Shown in pieces: positions 19,261-28,285 of a DNA stretch of 64,000 nt. Below the pieces are notes generated by a model. It worked only from the letters and a program-made list of their open reading frames with translations. It did no database searches and was not told the DNA's origin. Within the stretch, counting starts at the first letter, position 1. Each line of letters starts with the position of its first letter. Both the position numbers and the translations under genes were made by a program. The stretch lies in contig JBBFKX010000003.1 of assembly GCA_037481815.1 (NCBI GenBank), forward strand, positions 64,001-128,000. The letters are read 5' to 3'. The stretch comes from a candidate division WOR-3 bacterium. Its GTDB lineage: Bacteria; Hydrothermota; 32-111.

Positions 19261-21414
19261 TCACTTCCTTGTTAGATTCGCATATTCTGCAAATATTTTT
19301 TTTACCTCTCCATTTAAAAACTGAATTATGAGTATCTCATCTTCTCCTGAACCCTTTTTCCCCTTTATGATTCCCTCTCCAAAGATTGGATGGATCACTC
19401 TTTCGTTTATGTTAAATCTGCTTTTTTCTATTCTAATATTTTCCGTACTTTTTAAAATGTATTCCTTTTCAAATCTGCTACCAGAAGTTGTTCTATCGTA
19501 AAAGGAAATCAAATCGTTTTGAAATCCTATCTCTTTCAAAAATCTTGAAGGAAATCTCAGAGATGATTCACCATAATAGAATCTTTCTGTGGTATAAGTC
19601 AGATAGAGGTCCTTTTTTGCTCTTGTTAACGCAACATAAAGTAATCTTCTTTCCTCCTCACAGTTCAGATCATCCTCAAAAGAGTTTCTATGCGGAAAGA
19701 GTTCTTCTTCAAGTCCTGCGATAAAAACCGTTTCAAACTCAAGACCTTTTGCGTTATGAACAGTCATAAGTAAAACAGAATCATCATCTTTATACTCATC
19801 TATATCAGTATAAAGTGATATCATATCAAGATACGATGATACAGATTTATCCTCATTTTTCAAAACAAACTCTTTTGCAGAGTTCAGAAGTTCCTGGATG
19901 TTTTCGAGTCTTGAATATTTTTCGTTTTTATCCATCTTTTCAAAAACGGTTTCGAAATCGATAGAATCAACCAAAATTTCGAGAGCATTATATACATTAT
20001 CTTTACTTTTTTCAACTCTTTCGATAAGATCCAAAAATTCTTTTATATTATTTTTTGATTTTTTTGTTGTTGAGTTTTCCCGTTCAAAATCTTTTAAACT
20101 TTCCCATAAGGTTATATTTTTCATTTTTGAACTGTCAGTGATATGTTTTAAAGTAACATCACCAATTCCCCTTTTTGGAAAGTTAATGATCCTTTTTAAC
20201 GAGATCTCATCATTCTTGTTTACAGTAAAAGAAAGGTATGAAAGTAGATCTTTTATCTCCTTTCTTTCAAAAAATCTAATATTACCTATAAGTGTATACC
20301 TTATATTATTTTTTCTGAGTATCTCTTCAAATGGTCTCGATTGAGCATTGGTTCTATAAAGCACCGCAAAATCTTTAAATTTATTACCTGTTTTGTTTTT
20401 CATCTCCAAAATCTTATCAACGATAAAAATAGCTTCATCTCTTTCGTCTCTACATTTAACTATTTTAACCTTTTCCCCATCTTCAAAAGATGACCATAAA
20501 AACTTATCTTTTCTTTGAATATTGTTTTTTATAACCTTATTTGCAACATTTAATATATTTTTCGTGGAACGATAATTCTGTTCAAGTTTTATTATCTTTG
20601 TATCTGGAAAATATTTTTCAAATTCAAGAATGTTTTTTAATTCCGCTCCCCTGAAACCATAGATCGATTGATCATCGTCTCCAACAACGGTTATATGGTT
20701 ATTTCCATTGAATATATTTTTCAAAATCAAAAATTGTGCATAGTTAGTATCCTGATATTCGTCAACAAGTATGAATCTTATTCTTTCAGAAAATTTTCTC
20801 TTAAAATTCTCATTCTCTTTAAAAATGTTCAAGGTTTCAACAAGCAGATCATCAAAATCAAACGCATTATTTTTTCTTAATGTCTGCTGATATTCAGAAT
20901 ATATATCCTTCAATTTCACGATTTGCTCTTCATCTTCATCAAGATCATCGGGTAAGATCATCCTATTTTTAAAAGTTGATATCAACCTTTGAACACTTCT
21001 GGGATCTAAATTCCCTTCCTTTTTTTCCTTGAGGATATTTTTAATAACCATTTTTGAATCATCAACATCGTATATTGTAAAATCTGGATCCTTCATTCTT
21101 TCCCTTCTAAACATTTTTATGATTCTGACACACATCGAATGGAATGTTCCGATCATCATACTTCTAACCGGATATCCTAACAGTTTTTCCACCCGTTCTT
21201 TCATCTCATCAGCAGCTTTGTTGGTAAAGGTAACAGCAAAAATATTTTCTGGATACGATAAATTACTTTTAATGAGATAAAAAATTTTGTAAGTTAAAAC
21301 TCTGGTTTTCCCCGATCCTGCACCGGCAAGAATAAGTAAAGGAGAATCGAGGTATAAAACCGATTCTTTCTGTTTGTCATTTAAATCTTTTAAAATGGTG
21401 TTTTCAAGATCCAT
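19261..21414 (-). CDS. pcrA: ATP-dependent DNA helicase PcrA/UvrD
   Basis: LAGAGSGKTRVL, VDEYQDTN, VGDDDQSIYGFRGA, LEQNYRST, TVHNAKGLEF, EEERRLLYVALTRA, C-terminal HP.FG.G. Start moved to ATG 21414. Confidence 0.95.
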   Translation of the reverse strand: MDLENTILKDLNDKQKESVLYLDSPLLILAGAGSGKTRVLTYKIFYLIKSNLSYPENIFAVTFTNKAADEMKERVEKLLGYPVRSMMIGTFHSMCVRIIKMFRRERMKDPDFTIYDVDDSKMVIKNILKEKKEGNLDPRSVQRLISTFKNRMILPDDLDEDEEQIVKLKDIYSEYQQTLRKNNAFDFDDLLVETLNIFKENENFKRKFSERIRFILVDEYQDTNYAQFLILKNIFNGNNHITVVGDDDQSIYGFRGAELKNILEFEKYFPDTKIIKLEQNYRSTKNILNVANKVIKNNIQRKDKFLWSSFEDGEKVKIVKCRDERDEAIFIVDKILEMKNKTGNKFKDFAVLYRTNAQSRPFEEILRKNNIRYTLIGNIRFFERKEIKDLLSYLSFTVNKNDEISLKRIINFPKRGIGDVTLKHITDSSKMKNITLWESLKDFERENSTTKKSKNNIKEFLDLIERVEKSKDNVYNALEILVDSIDFETVFEKMDKNEKYSRLENIQELLNSAKEFVLKNEDKSVSSYLDMISLYTDIDEYKDDDSVLLMTVHNAKGLEFETVFIAGLEEELFPHRNSFEDDLNCEEERRLLYVALTRAKKDLYLTYTTERFYYGESSLRFPSRFLKEIGFQNDLISFYDRTTSGSRFEKEYILKSTENIRIEKSRFNINERVIHPIFGEGIIKGKKGSGEDEILIIQFLNGEVKKIFAEYANLTRK

Positions 21415-21415
21415 A

Positions 21416-22381
21416 TTAAACCTTATAATATTCTTTAAACCATCTATAAAATCTTTCGATACCTTCTTCGATCCCGATCTTCGGCTCATAGTTTAAAATT
21501 CTTTTACTCTTTTCCATATCAGCGTATGTTTTTTTCATATCAAAACTTTTTCTCTTTTCTTCCACATATTTAAAATCTGGGATCAATCTTTTTATTATCC
21601 TTAAAACATCTTCAATTTTAACAGGTTTTGAAGCACCTATATTCAAAATGTCAAACCCCTTCAGATTTTCAACATAATCTATACTTCTTCTTATCATCTC
21701 AACACCATCATCAATATAGGTAAAATCCCTTTCTGTTTGTGAAAACACAACGGAAATTTTTCGAGCAAAATGGTTCAAAAAAAATTTATGTAACATAAGA
21801 TCGGGTCTCTGTGATGGGCCATAAAAGGTGAACAATCTTAAAACAAGAACATCCATACCAAAATTTTTTGAAAAGAATTTGGCGAGATTCTCTCCTTCAA
21901 CTTTGGTGAATCCATAAAACGAGATGGGAGAAGGGGAAAAACTCTCTTTAAAAGGTATTTTTCTGGTATTTCCATACACTGATGAAGAAGATATGAATAT
22001 CATCTTTTTGATGTTGAACTTTCTTGCACATTCAAAGATATTAAAACTACCAACGATATTGTTCTCAAAATAATCTTTCGTCTTAAGATTTGATTGATGG
22101 ACACCAGGAAGAGCAGCGAAATGAATTATCAGATCAATATCTTTTTCGTTAAAAAAAAATTCAAGATTTTTTTTATCCCTGATATCTATGTTGAAAACAT
22201 TTTTGTATTTTCTGTTTTTTTCAATCTTTTTAGATAGACACAGATTGTAAAGTTTCTGTTTTATATCATAAAAATCTGAAAAATTGTCAATTATCGCAAT
22301 ATTGAACCTGTTATGATCAAGTTTTTTATAGAGAGAACTCCCTATAAAACCTGCACCGCCAGTTATAAGAATATTTTTCAT
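21416..22381 (-). CDS. NAD-dependent nucleotide-sugar epimerase (UDP-glucuronate 4-epimerase-like)
   Basis: ITGGAGFIGS, SSSSVYG, YxxxK (YGFTK), FTFYGP.QRPDL, RDFTYIDD. Confidence 0.85.
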   Translation of the reverse strand: MKNILITGGAGFIGSSLYKKLDHNRFNIAIIDNFSDFYDIKQKLYNLCLSKKIEKNRKYKNVFNIDIRDKKNLEFFFNEKDIDLIIHFAALPGVHQSNLKTKDYFENNIVGSFNIFECARKFNIKKMIFISSSSVYGNTRKIPFKESFSPSPISFYGFTKVEGENLAKFFSKNFGMDVLVLRLFTFYGPSQRPDLMLHKFFLNHFARKISVVFSQTERDFTYIDDGVEMIRRSIDYVENLKGFDILNIGASKPVKIEDVLRIIKRLIPDFKYVEEKRKSFDMKKTYADMEKSKRILNYEPKIGIEEGIERFYRWFKEYYKV

Positions 22382-22387
22382 ATTTTT

Positions 22388-22415
22388 ATGATAACAGAAT
22401 AAAAACCATTGTCAA
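22388..22415 (-). promoter_or_regulatory. sigma70 / extended -10 promoter, probably leaderless
   Basis: TTGACA-16 nt (ending TGT)-TATCAT, 6 nt before ATG 22381; no SD. Confidence 0.6.
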
Positions 22416-22427
22416 TCTTTGAAAAAT

Positions 22428-24479
22428 CTATTTAATGTACTGCAACTTGTACAGTTCATAATAATAGTTCCTTCTCGATATCAACTCTCTATGGTTGCCT
22501 TCTTCTACTATTCTTCCCTTATTCAAAACATAAATTTTATCCGCATCCTGAATCGTTGATAATCTATGGGCAATGGCAATTGTTGTTCTGTTTTTCATTA
22601 TTTTTGATATAGCATCCTGAATAAGATGTTCGGTTTCAGAATCTATGTTGGATGTTGCTTCGTCGAGTATCAAAATCTTTGGTTCTCCAACAAGCGCCCG
22701 TGCAAAAGCTATCAACTGTCTTTGTCCTGTTGACAGATTTGTTCCCCTTTCGTTCAAAATAGTATCATACTTTTTCGGTAATTTATCTATGAATGTATCC
22801 GCGTTAACATATTTTGAATATTTTTCCATCTTTTCAAGAGGAATGTTTCTTGAAAGCAAAATGTTATATTTTATATCGCCTGAGAAAATGACAACATCCT
22901 GTAATACCAGTCCAAAAAAATCTCTCAGTTCTTTAAGGGATATTTCTTTTATGTTAACTCCATCTATTAAAATTTCTCCCTCAGTTGGATCATAGAATCT
23001 AAGAAGAAGATTTATGATCGTCGTTTTTCCCGCTCCAGTTGCTCCAACAAAAGCAGCAGAACTGTTAGGTGTTATTTTAAATGAAACATTTCTTAAAACA
23101 GGTTCACCCTTTTTGTATTCAAACGATACATTTCTGAACTCAACTTCGCCTTTAAAGTCCTTTAAAACTTTTGGATTTTCTTTTTCAACTATTGATGATC
23201 TTTCATCAAGAAGTATAAATATTTTTTCTGATGCTGCCATCGCTCCCTGATATATGTTATATTTTTCTGAAAAATCAAAGATCGGTCTAAAGAAAAGTTC
23301 GATGTAGGAGAAAAATGCAAAAAGGATTCCTATAGTGTATTCTCCTCTAAATATACCCTGACTGCCAAAATATATAAGAATCGATAATGTCAAAAAGGAT
23401 ATAACGTCAATCAAAGGTCTGAAGATTGAAAAAACAAAAAGCTGGTTCATGTTAGCGTTATAGAACTCTTTTCCTATCCTGTTGAAATCATCAAAGGATT
23501 CTTTCTCTTTATGAAACGATTGTATCAATGAAACACCACTTATAGATTCGGAGATGAAAGCGTTCAATTTCGCAACAGCGACCCTCACTCTTCTATATGA
23601 TATCCTTGCAAATTTTTGAAAGAACAACAAAATCAGAAATACGAAAGGCAAAGTCAAAAGTATTATCATACTGAGTTTTACAGACATTCTAAGCATCATT
23701 ACTATGATTCCTATGATAGTTAAAATATCTTTTGCTGAATAAACAAACACATCCGTAAAAAGTTCCCTTAAAGCTGCAACATCGTTGGTTGCTCTCGTAA
23801 CCAGTTTTCCTATAGGATTTTTATTGAAAAAGTCGATCGAAAGATTAAGCATATGTTTTAGAATATCTTCTCTCATGTCATACATTATCTTTTCGGAAAC
23901 AACCGAAAGTATCAAAACTTGAACATAATTAAAAACAAAAAGCAATATCAGAACAAAAACATAGAGCAAAGCGAATTTTTTTACATTGAAGATATCTTCT
24001 TTTCTTATCTGATACAAAGTTTTTCTGTCAAGTTTTAAAATTTCCATCTCAGGAACGAAAATATTTTTTGCTCCTTCAAAATATTCTAACCCTTTTGCTT
24101 GAATTTCCTTTAAAAATCTTTTCTCAATCGGGAAATATTTTGTACCATCAACAAGAGAATCTTTTTCAAGAATTACAAGATCCGCTTTTGTAAGTAGTTT
24201 AGACGGTATAAGGAAAAATGAATCGATTTGTTCCACATAAGATATATTTTTTTTGAAAAGATGTTCAGTTTTTTCATTTAAAAAAATTTTTGAATAATTT
24301 TTTCTTATATAACCATCTATCGCCCTTCTTGAAATCTGTGGCAGAACCACCTGTAATCCACTTATGAATAAAAGTAGAATAAATGTGAAAACTATCTGCA
24401 AGAAATATTTTTTTGAGTAATCCCAGATACCTTTCAGAATCCTTTTGTCTGACAGTTTATAACTTCTTTCCTCTTCCAT
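22428..24479 (-). CDS. ABC exporter half-transporter (permease + ATPase), YheH/MdlB-like
   Basis: Transmembrane domain, GATGAGKTT, LSTGQRQL, ILDEATS, IAHRLST. Confidence 0.9.
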   Translation of the reverse strand: MEEERSYKLSDKRILKGIWDYSKKYFLQIVFTFILLLFISGLQVVLPQISRRAIDGYIRKNYSKIFLNEKTEHLFKKNISYVEQIDSFFLIPSKLLTKADLVILEKDSLVDGTKYFPIEKRFLKEIQAKGLEYFEGAKNIFVPEMEILKLDRKTLYQIRKEDIFNVKKFALLYVFVLILLFVFNYVQVLILSVVSEKIMYDMREDILKHMLNLSIDFFNKNPIGKLVTRATNDVAALRELFTDVFVYSAKDILTIIGIIVMMLRMSVKLSMIILLTLPFVFLILLFFQKFARISYRRVRVAVAKLNAFISESISGVSLIQSFHKEKESFDDFNRIGKEFYNANMNQLFVFSIFRPLIDVISFLTLSILIYFGSQGIFRGEYTIGILFAFFSYIELFFRPIFDFSEKYNIYQGAMAASEKIFILLDERSSIVEKENPKVLKDFKGEVEFRNVSFEYKKGEPVLRNVSFKITPNSSAAFVGATGAGKTTIINLLLRFYDPTEGEILIDGVNIKEISLKELRDFFGLVLQDVVIFSGDIKYNILLSRNIPLEKMEKYSKYVNADTFIDKLPKKYDTILNERGTNLSTGQRQLIAFARALVGEPKILILDEATSNIDSETEHLIQDAISKIMKNRTTIAIAHRLSTIQDADKIYVLNKGRIVEEGNHRELISRRNYYYELYKLQYIK

Positions 24480-24486
24480 CGATTTC

Positions 24487-26208
24487 TCACTCTTCCAGTT
24501 TTTGTATTCTATAAAACTCCCTGTAGACGGGAGATTCGAGTATCAACTCATCATGCTTCCCTGAACTTTCAATCTTCCCATCTTTTAGAACGAATATCTT
24601 ATCAGCGTTTATAAAAGATGATATCCTGTGGGAGATAACTATTGTTGTTATGTTTTTAGAGTATGTGTAGAGATTTTTTAAAATCTCCTTCTCAGTATTT
24701 GTGTCAACAGCACTCAAAGCATCATCAAGTATTAAAATCCTTGGTTTCCTCACAAGAGCCCTTGCAATACATAATCTCTGTTTTTGACCACCCGAAAGTG
24801 TGACTCCCTTTTCTCCAACGAGAGTATCAAGCCCATCTTTAAAATCCTTAAGATCTTTATCGAAAGCGGAGATCTTTATCACTTCATCTATCAATCTATC
24901 ATCAGCATCCCTGTTGGCAAACTTTATGTTTTCCTTTATGGTCATCGAAAAGAGAAAAGAGTCCTGTGGAACATAACCGATACTATCCCTTATACTCTCT
25001 ATTCTTATGTCGTTCGCGTCGATTCCATCAAAAAATATTTTACCCTCTTTTTCTATGAGAATTCTTAAAATAAGCTTTATAAGAGTCGTTTTACCCGTTC
25101 CAATTTTACCAATTATCCCAATGTATTCTCCCTTGTTTATTTGAAGAGAAATTTTATCAAGAACATAGTTGTTTTCATCATAATAGAAAGAAACATCCCT
25201 AAACTCAATATTACCTTCAAGAAGGATGTCCTTTGCTTTCTCACGATTTTTGATCTTTGGTTCCTCTTTTAAAAATTCGTAAACCCTTTTGAAAGAAGCG
25301 TTGCCTCTTTGAAAAATATTCGACGCAAAACCAACCGCCATCATCGGCCATGTTATGATTCCGAGATAGACAAAAAATGCTATAAACTCTCCAGTTGAAA
25401 TCTCTCCGAGCATCGTCTGTTGTCCTCCAAAAAATAAAACTATCGCTGCTCCAAGGTCAGAAAAGAAGAAAATCAAGGGAAACATTATTCCCCATATTTT
25501 TATAAGAATAATATTTTTATCAACATAATCTTTACTTATAATGTTAAACCTTTCAACCTCTTCTTCCTGTTGGTTGAAAGATTGAACTATTTTGATCCCG
25601 GAAATCAGTTCCTGAACTTTATCAGTCATATTCGAAAAAGATTCCTGAACCTTTTTAAAGTATTTAAAATTCAACTTCATTGAAACGAGTGTAATTATAG
25701 AGACAAAAGGTAGAGGGAGAAGAGCAAGAAGTGTCAATTTTACATTCATCTTCAGCATAAACACAAGTGTTGCTAAAAACAGAAAAACAGAATCAAAAGC
25801 GGAAATAATACCAAACGCTGTTGACATCCTTATCGCCTGCATATCGTTTGTCATATGTGCCATGAGATCACCGGTTTTAACCCTATTGAAAAATGATGAG
25901 TCGAGTTTTAAAAGATGATCATACAACTTGTTTTTAAAATCATATTCTATGAAATGTGACATTCCAAGAATTATCATTCTCCATGAGAATCTTAAAATAC
26001 CTATACTTAAAGCAAGACCTCCTATAATAATTGTTAGAAAAACGATTTTATCAAAATAATCTTTTCCAAGAATTATATAATCTATAGCTTTCTGTGAAAC
26101 ACGTGGGATTATGAGTTGAACAATATCAACAAGAATTAGCATGATAAAACCAAAGATTATCTTAAACGGTGCTTTTCTATAATATGAGAGTATGAATTTT
26201 ATAAGCAT
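24487..26208 (-). CDS. ABC exporter half-transporter (permease + ATPase), YheI/MdlA-like
   Basis: TGDLMAH.TND, GKIGTGKTT, LSGGQKQRL, ILDDALSAVD (degenerate site, as in heterodimeric exporters). Confidence 0.9.
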   Translation of the reverse strand: MLIKFILSYYRKAPFKIIFGFIMLILVDIVQLIIPRVSQKAIDYIILGKDYFDKIVFLTIIIGGLALSIGILRFSWRMIILGMSHFIEYDFKNKLYDHLLKLDSSFFNRVKTGDLMAHMTNDMQAIRMSTAFGIISAFDSVFLFLATLVFMLKMNVKLTLLALLPLPFVSIITLVSMKLNFKYFKKVQESFSNMTDKVQELISGIKIVQSFNQQEEEVERFNIISKDYVDKNIILIKIWGIMFPLIFFFSDLGAAIVLFFGGQQTMLGEISTGEFIAFFVYLGIITWPMMAVGFASNIFQRGNASFKRVYEFLKEEPKIKNREKAKDILLEGNIEFRDVSFYYDENNYVLDKISLQINKGEYIGIIGKIGTGKTTLIKLILRILIEKEGKIFFDGIDANDIRIESIRDSIGYVPQDSFLFSMTIKENIKFANRDADDRLIDEVIKISAFDKDLKDFKDGLDTLVGEKGVTLSGGQKQRLCIARALVRKPRILILDDALSAVDTNTEKEILKNLYTYSKNITTIVISHRISSFINADKIFVLKDGKIESSGKHDELILESPVYREFYRIQKLEE

Positions 26209-26253
26209 AGAAAGATATATTAATCCAAAAAATCAGTTAGTCAACATCAACGA

Positions 26254-27237
26254 TCAGGTGTTCCATAAATCTTTTATTTTCAAAAATGAGAACAAGCCAA
26301 GGAATGCAGGAATGTAGGTTGAAATCAACCTGAAAATAAAAATATACAGGAGTATGTTTTCTTTTCCAACGATCTGAGAGAAAAAGAGAGCCATTCCACC
26401 TTCAGCAACTCCGCTTGATCCAGGTGTTGGAACAAAAGCTGATAGATATGTCAATAAAAATTGTAGAGAGAACGCTTTAAAAAAATCCACTTTTACATTG
26501 AAAAGTTTTATAACAAAAAACGATAGAGCAAAATAAGAGTAAAGCGAAACAAAGGTTGAAACCAAAGAAAGAAAATTTTCTCTTATTCCTTGTGTAAAAA
26601 TGGTATTTAAACCATCGGTAAAGTTTGAAAAAAAGGTTATCGTTTTTATCAAAATTCTTTTTACACGATTCTCTTTCATTTTCTTTTCAACAAAATTCTT
26701 TATTCTTTTGTTAAATAGTATAGTCATCACAAGAATAAAAAACATTAAAGAATAAAATACAATAAAATATCTTATAAGGTTTTTGAAATATTCTGTATAA
26801 ATTACACTCTGAATATAGAACAGAATGAAAGGGATTGTCAATATCAGAACTATCAAAGATTGGACACCTCTTGTGATGATGACAGATGTTGCGTTACCTA
26901 AATTTATCCCTTTTTTAGAAAGAAGAAAAAGTTGAAAGGGAACTCCACCTGATTGAAATGGAGTTATCAAAGCGAGCAACACCCCTCCAAGAGTAAAAGT
27001 GTAACTATCAGAAAAACTAAAATTTTTGTTAAAAATTTTTCCTAAAAAAAAGATCCTTAAAATGTTAAAAAAGTTTGATAAAATAAAAAGTAAAAATATA
27101 AAAAAAAGGATCTTAAAATCAAAGTTAACCTTTAAATTTTTTGGGATATCTTTAACATAAAGAAAAAAGATCAAAACATAAGAAGTTAGAGTAAAAATAA
27201 AAAAAAGAAAAATTCCCGTTTTTACTCTACTTTTCAA
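26254..27237 (-). CDS. Lysylphosphatidylglycerol synthase TM-domain (UPF0104, flippase-like) membrane protein
   Basis: ITPFQSGG.P, PTPGSSGVAEG, FRLIS.Y. Confidence 0.8.
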   Translation of the reverse strand: MKSRVKTGIFLFFIFTLTSYVLIFFLYVKDIPKNLKVNFDFKILFFIFLLFILSNFFNILRIFFLGKIFNKNFSFSDSYTFTLGGVLLALITPFQSGGVPFQLFLLSKKGINLGNATSVIITRGVQSLIVLILTIPFILFYIQSVIYTEYFKNLIRYFIVFYSLMFFILVMTILFNKRIKNFVEKKMKENRVKRILIKTITFFSNFTDGLNTIFTQGIRENFLSLVSTFVSLYSYFALSFFVIKLFNVKVDFFKAFSLQFLLTYLSAFVPTPGSSGVAEGGMALFFSQIVGKENILLYIFIFRLISTYIPAFLGLFSFLKIKDLWNT

Positions 27238-28285
27238 AATTTTCCTCTTTTGGGGATTCTTTGATGATCTGTTCTAAACTCTTTCCGGTCTTTTGAACGA
27301 TTTTTAAGGTTAAAATTCCACCGAGAAAAGCTCCTATTGTAAAGGTGAAAAATCTCCAGATTATAGCGTAAACTCCAAGGATCTCTTTCGGGCATATATC
27401 TTTAAAAAGTATAGCAAAAACTGTTTCAGCGATTCCACTCGCTCCTGGAGTTGGCATAAAGTACACTAAAAAATTATGAAGGAACTGAAGATTTGCAACA
27501 GCTAACGGATGCTCTACTGCAACACCAAGACCCCAGAGTATCAGAACAGCAATCGAAAAGAAAACTATGTAAGAAAAAAAGGTTAAAAAAAGTAAAACAA
27601 GTAGAAGCGTTTTCCTTCTGTTGAAATAATGTTTTAAACCATCTTTGAAATAATCTATCTCTCTTTCTATAAAATTTGAAAACCTTTTTATCGGACTTTT
27701 TTCACTTTTCTTTTTGTTAAAAAATCTATCATCCAATTTTTCAAGAAAATTTAAAAACTTTTCAGGCAAAAAATAGATCAAAACAGAAACTATCAACATC
27801 AGAGGATAAAGTATCATAATGTATTTTATTATCCATTCAACTATACTGTTTTTTAAAAGATAAGAGTATGTTAAAAAAATAAATGGAAGCGCAAAAACGT
27901 GAAAAATTATCGCAAGAACACCTCTCATAAAGAGAATGAGTGTTCCCTCTCCATAAGGTATCCCGTTCTTTTTAAGATAGTAAACCTGAACAGGAAACCC
28001 TCCAGTTTGAAAAGGTGTGACGGCAGCAAGAAAGATTCCTGAAACAACAACCTCTATACCTGTAAAAACCGAGATTTCGTATCCAAGGCCTTTTGCAAGA
28101 TATTTTACCCTTACACCATCAAGATAGTAATAAAAAATCAAAGCAAGTAGAGTAAAAAGAAAATAGAGTGGTCTTATACTTTTCAAATATTTCCATGTTT
28201 CCTCTGATACTGTTAGAATAAGTATAAGTGTGCTTATGACAATCGTTATAAAAAGAAATATTTTAATACCTTTTTTTATGTTCAT
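27227..28285 (-). CDS. Lysylphosphatidylglycerol synthase TM-domain (UPF0104, flippase-like) membrane protein, paralogue
   Basis: VTPFQTGG.P, PTPGASGIAE, IWRFFTF. Confidence 0.8.
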   Translation of the reverse strand: MNIKKGIKIFLFITIVISTLILILTVSEETWKYLKSIRPLYFLFTLLALIFYYYLDGVRVKYLAKGLGYEISVFTGIEVVVSGIFLAAVTPFQTGGFPVQVYYLKKNGIPYGEGTLILFMRGVLAIIFHVFALPFIFLTYSYLLKNSIVEWIIKYIMILYPLMLIVSVLIYFLPEKFLNFLEKLDDRFFNKKKSEKSPIKRFSNFIEREIDYFKDGLKHYFNRRKTLLLVLLFLTFFSYIVFFSIAVLILWGLGVAVEHPLAVANLQFLHNFLVYFMPTPGASGIAETVFAILFKDICPKEILGVYAIIWRFFTFTIGAFLGGILTLKIVQKTGKSLEQIIKESPKEENFEK

